Assembly: GCA_963665095.1 (NCBI GenBank)
Contig: OY762069.1
Span: 4,096,001-4,160,000, forward strand
DNA: 64,000 bases
Source of the DNA: an uncultured Desulfobacter sp.
Lineage (GTDB): Bacteria > Desulfobacterota > Desulfobacteria > Desulfobacterales > Desulfobacteraceae
Direction: 5' to 3'
This document shows positions 28,850 to 39,258 of the stretch, in pieces. How positions within the stretch are numbered: the first letter of the stretch is position 1; every line of letters starts with the position of its first letter. A program made the position numbers and the translations under genes. The notes beneath the pieces are model-generated. The model was not told the DNA's origin. It ran no database searches and was given only the letters and a program-made list of their open reading frames with translations.

Positions 28850-29459
28850 AATCCATGATGTCACCCACCACTTCAAGCAGGTGGTGAACAATTTTTGCCG
28901 TAACGCCCCATATCACCACATCTTTATATGGATAGGTCAGCTCCATGATGCTGGGCCTTCGGCCGGCATAGCCCTTCTGGTGGTGGGTATGCCAGAGATG
29001 CTCAAAAGGAATCTGAAATACCCTGGAGATTTCTTCAGGGTCAAACACAATGTCGTCTTTCCGGTTCCAGATCCCTGTAAAGGCCTGGATATCTCTGTTG
29101 TTCAATGTCTGGAAATGTCCCAGGGAGCCTACGACCTCCACATTTTTGGAAACAATGCCGGTTTCTTCATATAACTCACGTAATGCGGCCTGCTTTGCCG
29201 ATGGATCTGTTTTTTCCACATGCCCCCCGGGAAAGGCCATCTGGTTACGCCAGGTATATCCTTCCCGGTCAGCCTTTTGGATAAAAAGCAGCAAAGGCGC
29301 CTGGCTGAAAAGAAACAGGGCCATAACTGAGGTAGGGCGGAAAACATCCGGATCCGGCGCGCCTGGGTGTTCTGCCGCAGCCACTGCATGGTGAATTTTT
29401 TCAATATAGACTGAAGAATCCATGAGCATAAGAGTATCCTTTTTAACAGTGCGCACCAA
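28848..29459 (-). CDS. NUDIX hydrolase, CoA pyrophosphatase-like
   Basis: NQMAFPGGHVE...AALRELYEETG, VIWGVTA. Confidence 0.88.
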   Translation of the reverse strand: MVRTVKKDTLMLMDSSVYIEKIHHAVAAAEHPGAPDPDVFRPTSVMALFLFSQAPLLLFIQKADREGYTWRNQMAFPGGHVEKTDPSAKQAALRELYEETGIVSKNVEVVGSLGHFQTLNNRDIQAFTGIWNRKDDIVFDPEEISRVFQIPFEHLWHTHHQKGYAGRRPSIMELTYPYKDVVIWGVTAKIVHHLLEVVGDIMD

Positions 29460-29607
29460 GCCTACAATCTTAAAAGCCCCGTGTCAAATTGTGCGGGTTT
29501 GAATTTTGGGAACCTGCCTTGACAATTTCCATTTTGCAACAATTATATTTTGAAAATTAATAGCAACTTTAAACTTATACTAGAACTTTGACATTTTAGG
29601 AGTTAAC

Positions 29608-31530
29608 ATGGCAGAAAAACAGACACACCAATTTAAAACAGAAGTCCAGCAACTGCTGCACCTGATCATCCATTCCCTTTATTCCAACCGGGAAATTTTT
29701 GTCCGGGAGCTGATCTCCAACGCCTCGGATGCCATTGACAAGGCCAGATTTAAAGAGCAGACCGATCCTGACCTTTTTGCCGACGACAATGATTACCATA
29801 TCCGACTGGCCCTGGATAAAGATGCCAAAACTTTTACCATCACGGATAACGGCATCGGCATGACCTTTGATGAGGTGAATGACAATATCGGCACTATTGC
29901 CCAGTCCGGTACCGCCGCCTTCATGGACGCCCTGGAAAAATCCAAAAACGAAAGCGGCCTTTCCCCGGAACTCATCGGCCAGTTTGGTGTGGGGTTTTAT
30001 TCCGCATTTATCGTGGCAGATAAGGTGCGGCTGGATACCAAAGCACCGGGGCAGGAAAAAGGCGTCCGCTGGGAGTCTGACGGCAAGGGCGAGTATACCC
30101 TTGAAGAAATTGACAAAGAGACCCGCGGCACGGAAATCACCCTGTTCCTCAGTGATCCTGAAGAAGGGGACCAGGATTTCACAGAAGACTATACCATCCG
30201 GCACATCGTTAAAAAACATTCCGATTTTGTCACCTATCCCATTATCATGAATGTGGAGACCAGCGAGCCCATTCCTGAAAATGAAATCATCAAGGACAGC
30301 GAGGGTAAGCCCATTGGCGATACCTATCGCAAGGTCAGAAAAGATCAGACCCTGAACTCCATGAAAGCCATCTGGGCCAAGGCCAAGGATGATGTTACCG
30401 AAGAAGAGCATAAGGAGTTTTACAAGCACATTTCCCACAACTGGGATGACCCCTGTGAGATCATTCACAAAAAATTTGAAGGGGTGACGGAATATGATGT
30501 GCTCATGTACCTGCCTTCCAAGGCTCCCCTTGACCTTTTCCGGCCCGAGCGCAAACACGGGATGCAGCTTTACTGCAAACGCGTCTTCATCATGGATGAC
30601 TGCAAGGAGCTTCTGCCTGAATACCTTGGATTTGTCCAGGGTGTGGTGGATGCCCCGGACCTGAACCTGAATGTCAGCCGTGAGATTCTCCAGGAAGACC
30701 GTCTGGTCAGAAATATTCGCAAAAACCTGGTCAAACAGATTTTTTCCGTGCTGGAAGGCATGGAGGATAAAAAATATATCGAATTCTATGAGGAGTTCGG
30801 CCAGGCCCTTAAAGCCGGCATTCCGACGGATTATGACAACAAGGAACGGCTGGCCGCCCTGATGCGTTATAAGACCACCAAGTCCGGTGACGACTATGTA
30901 ACCCTGGACCAGTACATTGAGAACATGAAGGAAGACCAGAAGGAGATTTACTACATTACCGGTGAAAATCTGGCTTCCCTTGCCAACTCACCGTTGCTGG
31001 AGGCGCTTAAGGCCAAGGACTATGAAGTGCTTCTCATGGTGGACCCCATTGACGAATGGGTGACCCAGTCCCTGCCCGAGTATAAGGAAAAGAAACTGAA
31101 AAGCGCTGAAAAGGGCGACCTTGATGTGGAGAAGGTGGACGATGAAAAGAAAAATGAATATTCCGCACTTCTTTCATTCCTTAAAGGTAAGCTGGAAAGC
31201 AGGGTTAAGGATGTGGTGGTTTCAAGCCGGCTCAAGGATTCTGTCTCCTGCCTGACAGGTGATGAGTGGGCCATGAGCGCTTATATGGAGAAGATCCTGA
31301 AAGCTTCCGGACAGAAAGCACCGGACCAGAAACGCTCCCTGGAGGTAAATGTCAACCACCCGGTTATGGAAAAAATTAAATCTGTCTTTGAGACAGACAC
31401 CACCAACCCCGTGCTGACCGACTACAGTGATTTGCTTTATGATATTGCCGTGATTTCCGAAGGGGGCAAACTGGATAATCCTGCGCGGTTTTCCGCCCTG
31501 GTCGGGAATCTGATGGCAAAATCCATATGA
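29608..31530 (+). CDS. htpG: Molecular chaperone HtpG (Hsp90)
   Basis: [48 protein letters not shown]. Confidence 0.98.
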   Translation: MAEKQTHQFKTEVQQLLHLIIHSLYSNREIFVRELISNASDAIDKARFKEQTDPDLFADDNDYHIRLALDKDAKTFTITDNGIGMTFDEVNDNIGTIAQSGTAAFMDALEKSKNESGLSPELIGQFGVGFYSAFIVADKVRLDTKAPGQEKGVRWESDGKGEYTLEEIDKETRGTEITLFLSDPEEGDQDFTEDYTIRHIVKKHSDFVTYPIIMNVETSEPIPENEIIKDSEGKPIGDTYRKVRKDQTLNSMKAIWAKAKDDVTEEEHKEFYKHISHNWDDPCEIIHKKFEGVTEYDVLMYLPSKAPLDLFRPERKHGMQLYCKRVFIMDDCKELLPEYLGFVQGVVDAPDLNLNVSREILQEDRLVRNIRKNLVKQIFSVLEGMEDKKYIEFYEEFGQALKAGIPTDYDNKERLAALMRYKTTKSGDDYVTLDQYIENMKEDQKEIYYITGENLASLANSPLLEALKAKDYEVLLMVDPIDEWVTQSLPEYKEKKLKSAEKGDLDVEKVDDEKKNEYSALLSFLKGKLESRVKDVVVSSRLKDSVSCLTGDEWAMSAYMEKILKASGQKAPDQKRSLEVNVNHPVMEKIKSVFETDTTNPVLTDYSDLLYDIAVISEGGKLDNPARFSALVGNLMAKSI

Positions 31531-32870
31531 GGATATATCTTGAAAGCTTAGGGTGCTCAAGAAATCAGGTAGACAGCGAAGTCATGCTGGGCCGGCTCAT
31601 GGCAGCCGGCCATAAAATCACCCATGATCCGTCACAGGCGAAAGCTATTATTGTCAACACCTGCGGGTTTATATCAACCGCCTCCCAGGAGGCGGTTGAT
31701 GTCATTCTGGAGATGGCGGATTATAAAAAGAGGGGCAATTGTGAGCGACTGATTGTTACGGGCTGCCTGGTCCAGCGCTACAAGAGTGACCCGGATCTTA
31801 TGGGAAGTCTGCCTGAGGTGGATGCCTTTCTTGGTACCGCCGCCTGTGACCATATTGTTACTGCTGTTGAAAATGGTGAACCATCCCCGTTTTTTATGTT
31901 TCCGGATCCCGACTCCCGGCCGGTGAATATCTCTGTTGAGAAGCGGATTCTGCTCAATGACACCACCGCATATATTAAAGTTTCTGAGGGCTGTCGCAGG
32001 CACTGCACCTATTGTATTATCCCGAATCTGCGGGGCGGCCAGCGATCCAGGCCGGTTGAGCTGATCTGCGAAGAAGCTTTAAGCCTTGCAGACATTGGCG
32101 TTAAAGAAATCATTTTGACGGCTGAAAATACCACCGATTACGGACTGGACTTTGAGGCTGGCAACAACAGGCCGGGATTTCACATGGTGCTGGAAAAAAC
32201 AGCCCGCGTGCTGGCTCAGAAAGATCCATCTCTGTGGCTGAGGTTTTTATATACCCACCCCAAGACCCTTGATGCCCGGGTCATTGAAACGGTCTGCAAT
32301 CACCCCAATATCTGCGCCTACTATGATGTCCCCATCCAGCATGCCAATGATGAGATACTCAAACGCATGGGCAGGCCCTATACCTGCAAGGAACTGCTGA
32401 AACTTTTTGCCGACATTCGCCGCATGGACCCCCGGGCCTGTCTGAGAACCACCCTGATTGTGGGATTTCCCGGGGAAACAGATCAGCATTTTCAAACCTT
32501 GCTGGCGTTTATCAAGGAGGTGAAGTTTGATTATTTGGGCGTTTTTACCTATTCAGATTCCCATGACCTGCCTTCCCACCATCTGGCAGACCATGTGCCG
32601 GATGAGGTGGCTGAGCTTCGCTACGATACTATAATGGCGGCTCAGGCTGAAATTTCCGAAGAACGTAATATCGAACATGTCGGCCGCATCTACCCGGTCC
32701 TTGTGGAGGAAAACCCCGAAGAGGGTGTATACATCGGCAGAACCCCTTTCCAGGCCCCGGAAGTAGACGGGATGACATTTATTTATTCAGATGAGCTGGA
32801 CATAGGCAGCCTGATTCAGGTAAAAATAACCGACGCATTTGAATATGATATAGCCGGGGAGAAGGTGTGA
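31527..32870 (+). CDS. rimO: Ribosomal protein S12 methylthiotransferase
   Basis: [49 protein letters not shown] in the TRAM domain. Confidence 0.93.
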   Translation: MRIYLESLGCSRNQVDSEVMLGRLMAAGHKITHDPSQAKAIIVNTCGFISTASQEAVDVILEMADYKKRGNCERLIVTGCLVQRYKSDPDLMGSLPEVDAFLGTAACDHIVTAVENGEPSPFFMFPDPDSRPVNISVEKRILLNDTTAYIKVSEGCRRHCTYCIIPNLRGGQRSRPVELICEEALSLADIGVKEIILTAENTTDYGLDFEAGNNRPGFHMVLEKTARVLAQKDPSLWLRFLYTHPKTLDARVIETVCNHPNICAYYDVPIQHANDEILKRMGRPYTCKELLKLFADIRRMDPRACLRTTLIVGFPGETDQHFQTLLAFIKEVKFDYLGVFTYSDSHDLPSHHLADHVPDEVAELRYDTIMAAQAEISEERNIEHVGRIYPVLVEENPEEGVYIGRTPFQAPEVDGMTFIYSDELDIGSLIQVKITDAFEYDIAGEKV

Positions 32871-33850
32871 CAGCAGACATCAAGCAGGAAATCATGTCAT
32901 TGGCAGGGGATGACCTTGAAAAGGTGGAACAGGCCCTTAAAGAAAATTTGACCCCCAACCTGGATCTGGTCAGGCAGGTGGCAGGTCACCTGCTGTTTGC
33001 CGGCGGAAAAAGACTGCGGCCGCTTCTTATGATCCATGCCGCCCGTATGTGCGGCTTCAGCACCGGTCAGGAGATTGAATTTTCAACCATATTTGAATAT
33101 CTCCATGCGGCCACCCTGCTCCATGATGATGTGGTGGACGGCTCTGACACCCGCCGGGGCAAGGCGTGTGCCCACACCCTCTGGGATGCGCCTAAAGTGG
33201 TGCTTACAGGAGATTTTCTTCTGGCCACAGCCCTGGTCATTGCATCAAGAACCCACAGCCCCAGGGTAATCCGGGTGATCGCAAAGATTACTGCAGACAT
33301 GTCCCAGGGGGAAATCCTTCAGATGGAAAAAAAGGGCCACCCTGATCTTTCCGAAAAAGAGTACAACGAAATCATTGAATGCAAAACAGCGGTTCTCATC
33401 CAGGGAGCCTGCCGCACCGGTGCCATTGTGGCAGGTGTTGGAAATGACCGGGAGCATGCCCTTGAAAGTTATGGCTGGCACCTGGGCATGGCCTTCCAGA
33501 TGGCGGATGATCTTCTGGATTACACGGCCACGGCCGAGGAGCTGGGCAAGAACCCCGGAGCAGACATGCGTGAGGGCAAACTGACCCTTCCCCTGATTCA
33601 CAGCCTTGAAAAGGCGGATGCTGCAGACCGGGCGTGGATATTGGCAGCCATGGCCCGGCCTGAATTTGACCCGGATGAATTTGCCTCGCTCAGGGAGCGC
33701 CTTATCTGTTTAGGTGGCCTTGACTACACCCGGAACCGGGCTCTCACTCATGTGCAGTCCGCCAAAGAAGCCTTAAACATTTTCCCGGAAGGGGATTCCC
33801 GACGTCTGCTGGAGCTGATCGCAGATTATTCTATTCTCAGAAAGGTATGA
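32867..33850 (+). CDS. Polyprenyl diphosphate synthase (IspB-like)
   Basis: GGKRLRP, LLHDDVVD...RRG, FQMADDLLD, GKLTLP. Confidence 0.93.
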   Translation: MTADIKQEIMSLAGDDLEKVEQALKENLTPNLDLVRQVAGHLLFAGGKRLRPLLMIHAARMCGFSTGQEIEFSTIFEYLHAATLLHDDVVDGSDTRRGKACAHTLWDAPKVVLTGDFLLATALVIASRTHSPRVIRVIAKITADMSQGEILQMEKKGHPDLSEKEYNEIIECKTAVLIQGACRTGAIVAGVGNDREHALESYGWHLGMAFQMADDLLDYTATAEELGKNPGADMREGKLTLPLIHSLEKADAADRAWILAAMARPEFDPDEFASLRERLICLGGLDYTRNRALTHVQSAKEALNIFPEGDSRRLLELIADYSILRKV

Positions 33851-35181
33851 CCATGACCATAAAAAATTACGCATGTTTCATGTATTTCATTCTCACTGCT
33901 GTTGCCCTTCTGGTGCCGGCATCCGGTGTATCTGCCGCCCGGGAGGATGCAACTTGTATCACCACAGGCCAGTATAAAATTGATGGTCAGAATATTGCCG
34001 GTGCCAAGCAGGCGGCCATTAATGAGGCCCTGGAGCAGGCAGTACAAAGTACGTTTGCCACCCTTGTCTCCCCACAGGAGCTGGGAGACAATCTTGATTA
34101 CTTTTATGATCAGGTGCTGGTCAATGCCATGGATTTTGTCGCAACATACCGGGTCATCAACGGCATTGAGCACAACGGGTTGTATCTTGTGGGTGTGGAA
34201 TCAAAGATCAGCCTGAATCTCATGGAAAAACGCCTGAGGGATTCCGGTGTTTTCAACCAGGCCCAGAACAATCCTCTGGTACTCCTGCTTATTTCCGAAC
34301 AAGGCCCTGAGGATATGGAACCCCGATGCTGGTGGCAGCCTGGGGAGCAGGAGGTTCGTGTGTATGATTCAGTTGCGGAAAAACAGATAGAAACGCTGTT
34401 TACCCAGGCCCATATTCCTTTGGCTGTTTCCGGACCTGATTATCCGGATCCATCTGCATACAATGTTGTTTTTTCGTCTCTGGATGATCCGACAGCTGCC
34501 ATAGCCCTGGGTCAGGCCCTTAAAGCCGATATGATAATTCTTGGAAAGGCTTCTGCCCAGGAGTCCTTTAACCGGATGGGAGATGAAAAAACCTTTGAAG
34601 CAGGCATTGAACTCATGGCCCTGGATCCCGCGACACAAAAGAAAATAGCCCAGAGTGCGGCAAATGCCACCGCCAAAAGTATTGACGAGGCAGAAGGCGT
34701 GGCCCAGGCGCTTACCCAGGCCGCAGACGCGGCAGGCCTGACAATGAAGGCAAAGATTGCCTCTTTTTGGGCTCAGGCCATGAAGGAGAAAAAAACCTTT
34801 GACTTGTATGTGGAAGGGGAACGTTTTCTCACCCGCTTTATCGCCCTGAAACGGCAGCTTAAAGAGATCCGGGGCATTGAAGATATTTCACCCAGGGAGC
34901 TGGGTTCCACCCATGCTATCATGGAAGTTATTTATAAAGGCACTCCTGCGGAATTTGCCGATGCCGTGATGCTTAAAACCTTTGATGAATTCGGTATAGA
35001 TGTTTCCATGGCATCGGATAATGCAGTGAAAATAAGGTTTGTGACCTCTGGGGGCACCAGTGAGTCCCAAATTCTGGAGCAAGGCCTGGAACAGGACAGT
35101 CCATCGGCAAATCCAGACACGTCTGCCCTGCCTGATCAGGGCACTTCCCAGGAAATTGTCAGGGAAAACGCTGGAGAATAA
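33847..35181 (+). CDS. Exported hypothetical protein with a FlgT-N-like N-terminus
   Basis: Signal peptide, AKQAAINEALEQAV pattern; coupled to the upstream operon. Confidence 0.65.
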   Translation: MTMTIKNYACFMYFILTAVALLVPASGVSAAREDATCITTGQYKIDGQNIAGAKQAAINEALEQAVQSTFATLVSPQELGDNLDYFYDQVLVNAMDFVATYRVINGIEHNGLYLVGVESKISLNLMEKRLRDSGVFNQAQNNPLVLLLISEQGPEDMEPRCWWQPGEQEVRVYDSVAEKQIETLFTQAHIPLAVSGPDYPDPSAYNVVFSSLDDPTAAIALGQALKADMIILGKASAQESFNRMGDEKTFEAGIELMALDPATQKKIAQSAANATAKSIDEAEGVAQALTQAADAAGLTMKAKIASFWAQAMKEKKTFDLYVEGERFLTRFIALKRQLKEIRGIEDISPRELGSTHAIMEVIYKGTPAEFADAVMLKTFDEFGIDVSMASDNAVKIRFVTSGGTSESQILEQGLEQDSPSANPDTSALPDQGTSQEIVRENAGE

Positions 35182-35235
35182 ACCTGATTCTTGACATAAA
35201 CAACAGGGCCTGCTAAAAGACTTCAGAAAGTGTAA

Positions 35236-35311
35236 TGGCGCGTAACTCAGTTGGTAGAGTGCTACCTCGACACGGTAGAAGTCAGCGGTTCAAGTCCGCT
35301 CGTGCCAACCA
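35236..35311 (+). tRNA. tRNA-Val (GAC)
   Basis: Acceptor TGGCGCG/CGTGCCA + ACCA, D arm ACTCAGTTGGTAGAGT, anticodon arm CTACC-TCGACAC-GGTAG, T loop GGTTCAAGTCC. Confidence 0.95.
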
Positions 35312-35319
35312 AAGAAATC

Positions 35320-35352
35320 AAGGGCTTACGGAAAACAACCGTAAGCCCTTTT
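35320..35352 (+). terminator. Terminator after the tRNA
   Basis: AAGGGCTTACGG-AAAACAA-CCGTAAGCCCTT followed by a T tract. Confidence 0.8.
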
Positions 35353-35379
35353 TAGTTTTTGCTACCACTTTTTTTTCTG

Positions 35380-35817
35380 CTACCCAATGCCAGTGATACT
35401 CACTCCCGCACAGCGGGAAGCCTCATGATGCCCCCTCATATGAACTGGTTTCCACATTTCAGGCATTTTTATTTTGCTGGGATTACCACCCCAAAGCATG
35501 ATTTGTAGATCTCTTGGCAACAATTGTACAACTTCAGTATCATGAGGCCACCAACTGACTTTTCCCTCTGAGTATCTTTTTATACACCATTGAATTCCAT
35601 GGCCATCATAGGTTAATAAGCCTATTTGGGCTTCGTTTTCATCTCTGAAGGCATAAATATCTCCTGAGAAATAATCTAATCTGTATCTTTTACAGATGCC
35701 TCTTATTTGATCGATGGAAATATCAAAACTGATATGTTCTGGAATCGCGAAAATAATCGATTGTGGTGGTATGTATATCATGTTTTTTGTAGATTCCTTA
35801 AGCCAATGATGAATCAC
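35380..35817 (-). mobile_element. Orphan, divergent IS66 accessory protein TnpB-like gene
   Basis: ISFDISIDQIRGIC...DYFSGDIYAFRD...LLTYDGHGIQWCIKRYSEGKVSW...LQIMLWG fits the IS66 Orf2 pattern; no IS66 transposase nearby. Confidence 0.65.
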
Positions 35818-35918
35818 CAGGGAACGTACTTTCTCCGATTTTTAAGTTCTTATCCTTACTCTCTATTAAAATGCACGAAAGACACACAGTTTTTACACGA
35901 TGGATGTTGATACACATT

Positions 35919-36401
35919 TTAATCATTAGCGAAATCAGCAAGCGATTTGCCCGCAAGCCTGTACCCGATCCATTCGGTCTGTGGTTTAGCCCCTATGGAC
36001 CGATAGAATTTAATTGCAGGCTCATTCCAGTCAAGTACGTTCCACTCAAAGCGTCCACAGTTCTTTTCTACTGCCAATTTAGCCAAATACTTCAGTACCT
36101 TTTTACCTGCACCGTTTCCTCGATGAGATGGCGAGATATAAAGGTCCTCAAGAAAGAGACCATTTTTGCCCAGCCAGGTAGAATAATTGTAAAAATAAAC
36201 TGCAAAGCCTATGGGGCACCCCCTTAGACAACACACCAAAGCGTAGGCAGTAGAATCAGGTCCAAATATGGTGTTTCTAATGTCATTCTCAGTTGCAACA
36301 ACCTGTGTTTCTGCTTTTTCGTATTTTGCTAACTCGCGAACAAAATTTAATATTATCTTTGCATCATCTATTTCAGCATCACGAATTGTAATTTCTTCCA
36401 A
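35919..36401 (-). CDS. GNAT acetyltransferase (SSAT/diamine acetyltransferase-like)
   Basis: ELAKYEK, YSTWLG...LEDLYI...RGNGAG, WNVLDWNEPAIKFY. Confidence 0.9.
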   Translation of the reverse strand: MEEITIRDAEIDDAKIILNFVRELAKYEKAETQVVATENDIRNTIFGPDSTAYALVCCLRGCPIGFAVYFYNYSTWLGKNGLFLEDLYISPSHRGNGAGKKVLKYLAKLAVEKNCGRFEWNVLDWNEPAIKFYRSIGAKPQTEWIGYRLAGKSLADFAND

Positions 36402-36406
36402 ATTTT

Positions 36407-37861
36407 TTACATCCGTTTATTTTTATTGGCAAATTTTAAAAAGTCCGGCAGGTCCTGAAGCATCCGTTTCCAGGAATCAGGGGATTTCCACGCCATGGTC
36501 ACATAGCCTGCAAGGACAGAAGGCCGGGTGAAATGGGATTTATAAAAATGGATAAACTGCTCATCCAGGCGTGCTTTATTCATTCCTCTTGGGATAAAAA
36601 GGAAATCCATGCAGTCCATTTTTTCCCAGGCTTCATCAAAGCTGCCCAGATTTGAACCGGGTGTTTTAATCTGTTCATAAATGGGGGAGCCGGGAAACGG
36701 GGTAAATTTGGCCAGATTAAAATCATCAATGGGCAGGGAAAAAACATATTCTTTGCTTTTGCGGATGCTGGCATCGCTTTCCCCTGGAAGCCCCATCATC
36801 AGCAACGCCTTGACACGGATGCCGGCTTTTTTAATTAAAAGAATTTTTTCCCTGAGCATATCCAGATCCGGATTCTGTCTGTGCTGTGCCAGAAGATCCG
36901 GGTCCCCTGTCTCCACCCCAAGACTGATCATCCAGCATCCGGCCGCTTTCATCAGCTTCAAAAGGTCCAAGTCCAGATGTTCGGCCCGGGCCGCACAGTT
37001 AAAGGTCATGCCGGGATTATTCTGGATCATCATCCGGCAGAAGGCGGCGATGCGTTTCCGGTTAAAGGTGAACTGGTCATCATAAAAATTGATATGCCGG
37101 ATGCCGAACTCCTGATGCATGTATTCCAGATGGGCGTGAAGGTATTGGGCGGAATTATATCTGAAGGTGCGCCGGAAAACCGACCTGTCGCAATAGGAAC
37201 AGGCATAGGGGCACCCCCGGGAAGAGATCAGGCTGGCATTGGGCACTTTGGGATAGTTGAATATGGGCAGTTTGTACGCCTTGGGATAGCCGGGCAGTTT
37301 TCTGTAGGCCGGAAAGGGCAGGGTGTCCAGTTCAATCAGCTGTTTCCGGAATCCTGAAAATTGCGCTTTGCCGGAGTCGTCTCTGTAAACAAGACCCGGG
37401 ATCTGCGGGACATTCTTTTTTTCAGAAGTGATGAGTTCATAAATGGTGTTTTCGCCCTCGCCGATAACCAGGTAATCAATCACCGGAAAACCGTCTATCA
37501 GGGCCTGCTTCAGTGCAGAAACATGGGGGCCGCCAAATACCACATGAATCTCCGGTTTAATCTCTTTGACCAGTTCGGCTGTCCTGACGCCGTCCAGAAA
37601 GCTTGAGGTGGTGCAGGAAAACCCGATAAATTGAGGTGACTGTTCCTTAACGTATGAAAGAATCAGGGACAGGGAATCCGGAAGGCAGTGGCAGTCAATG
37701 ACTTTATTTGGGATACCTTTCCGGTCCAGCACCGCTGCAATGCTGATGAGGCCCAGTGGCGGCATGATGTTTGCCTTCCGGGAGATGTCCTGGTCGGCTT
37801 TTTCCACGGCATATCCCAGGGGGTGAACCAGAAGGATGCCTCCTTTTGCAGATGCTGTCAT
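36407..37861 (-). CDS. Cobalamin-binding radical SAM enzyme 3
   Basis: MPPLGL, VFGGPHVS, GEGE, SRGCPYACSYC. Confidence 0.9.
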   Translation of the reverse strand: MTASAKGGILLVHPLGYAVEKADQDISRKANIMPPLGLISIAAVLDRKGIPNKVIDCHCLPDSLSLILSYVKEQSPQFIGFSCTTSSFLDGVRTAELVKEIKPEIHVVFGGPHVSALKQALIDGFPVIDYLVIGEGENTIYELITSEKKNVPQIPGLVYRDDSGKAQFSGFRKQLIELDTLPFPAYRKLPGYPKAYKLPIFNYPKVPNASLISSRGCPYACSYCDRSVFRRTFRYNSAQYLHAHLEYMHQEFGIRHINFYDDQFTFNRKRIAAFCRMMIQNNPGMTFNCAARAEHLDLDLLKLMKAAGCWMISLGVETGDPDLLAQHRQNPDLDMLREKILLIKKAGIRVKALLMMGLPGESDASIRKSKEYVFSLPIDDFNLAKFTPFPGSPIYEQIKTPGSNLGSFDEAWEKMDCMDFLFIPRGMNKARLDEQFIHFYKSHFTRPSVLAGYVTMAWKSPDSWKRMLQDLPDFLKFANKNKRM

Positions 37862-39258
37862 GACAGGCTCCCCAGTGTTGCATTTGTTTTTTTTCTGATG
37901 CGTCTTCCTTTTATGGTTGTGCCTGGAATCATGTCCCAGAGCAGGCCTTTAAATCCAAACAGTTTAACGGTTTTCATTCGAATATATCCTTTTTCCGGAG
38001 GAAAGAAGCGATCTTTTCTACGGCGGAAAGCATCTTCAATTTTTGAATCCATCTCTTCTTTATCAATGCCGGGTGCAACATAAAAAGCCGGTTGAAGCAG
38101 GTTATCCTCCGGTGTAATTATTCCCTGCTGCACAGCAATCTGGGCCAGGCCTGTCTGGGGAAGAATACGGATTCCCGAAAAGACAAAGACCACCGTTTTC
38201 CGTAGTAACTCAATATTGGCCAGCCCCTCTTCAATGGTCTGCCGGGTCTCTTTGGGCCCGCCGAACATGAAAAAATGCGCGCAGGGGATTTCAGCTGTAA
38301 TGCACGCCTCGTTAAGGGCCAGAATGCTGCTGAAATCAAAGGTTTTTCCTATGCCTGAAAGCGTCCTGTCACAGGCCCCGTCTGAGCCCACTTCCATGGC
38401 ATAAAGCCCGGCGCGTTTCAGCAGGGCAAAATCCTTTTGTGATATCTGCTGGGGTCTGAAATAGGCGGCCCATTTGACACCAAGCTCTGCCCGGGCAAGT
38501 TTTTCCGCCACTTCAAGGTAATGACCATCCGGGTCATTGAATACGGAGTCGCTGAAAAACAGGTTGTTGACCTTGAAATCCATTTTCAGCCGCTTCAGGT
38601 TTTCCACCACGAAATCCGGATCCTGGTATCTGATTTTTTTGCCCTCAATCACCGGATAGGAGCAGTAGTTACATGTAAAAGGGCATCCCCGTTTGGTCTG
38701 GTAATTGAGCATCCCGCTCTGGTCAAAATAGTATTCTGCCAGGTTTGTCTGATACGCGGGGCGTAAAAACTGGTCGGCCGTCATTCTCGGGAGTATGGGG
38801 CCCAAGATTCTGGGGGGATCTTCGTTTTTCAGAATTTTATCAATAAGCAGATTAAAGGCGATTTCCCCTTCCCCAGCCACACAATAATCGGCATTACAAT
38901 AATCAAGAATGGTTTCCGGCATAATGGATACCGCCGGCCCCCCGATCACGATGGGAACAGGGTGGGCCTTTCGGATATCTGCGATAAGGGTCTTAACACT
39001 GGCCAGATACCAGTTGTCCGTGGCCAGGGAATCCACATTATCAATATTTCTGATGGAGACACCCACAATATCTGGTTGGAAACCCGCAAGGGCCGCATGG
39101 AGGCCCAGGTGCCCTTTTTCCATGTCATACAGAAGATCGAACTGTTCTGTATCATGACCATGGGCTTTAAGGGCCGCATCAACAAGGGCAATCCCTATGG
39201 GGTATACATGCAAAGGCTCCTGGGTGGTATTGGCTGAGATGAGAAAGACCCTGGCCAT
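37858..39258 (-). CDS. Cobalamin-binding radical SAM enzyme 2 (lipid-biosynthesis-cluster type)
   Basis: VYPIG, SIRNIDN, IGGPAVSIMP, GEGE, TKRGCPFTCNYC. Confidence 0.9.
   Translation of the reverse strand: MARVFLISANTTQEPLHVYPIGIALVDAALKAHGHDTEQFDLLYDMEKGHLGLHAALAGFQPDIVGVSIRNIDNVDSLATDNWYLASVKTLIADIRKAHPVPIVIGGPAVSIMPETILDYCNADYCVAGEGEIAFNLLIDKILKNEDPPRILGPILPRMTADQFLRPAYQTNLAEYYFDQSGMLNYQTKRGCPFTCNYCSYPVIEGKKIRYQDPDFVVENLKRLKMDFKVNNLFFSDSVFNDPDGHYLEVAEKLARAELGVKWAAYFRPQQISQKDFALLKRAGLYAMEVGSDGACDRTLSGIGKTFDFSSILALNEACITAEIPCAHFFMFGGPKETRQTIEEGLANIELLRKTVVFVFSGIRILPQTGLAQIAVQQGIITPEDNLLQPAFYVAPGIDKEEMDSKIEDAFRRRKDRFFPPEKGYIRMKTVKLFGFKGLLWDMIPGTTIKGRRIRKKTNATLGSLS

Noticed and set aside
29500..29607. 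CIRCE or HAIR heat-shock operator upstream of htpG
   Set aside because: No adequate match to TTAGCACTC-N9-GAGTGCTAA or CTTGAGT-N7-ACTCAAG
29596..30558. 320-aa minus-strand ORF
   Set aside because: Antisense to htpG with no recognisable motif; typical antisense shadow
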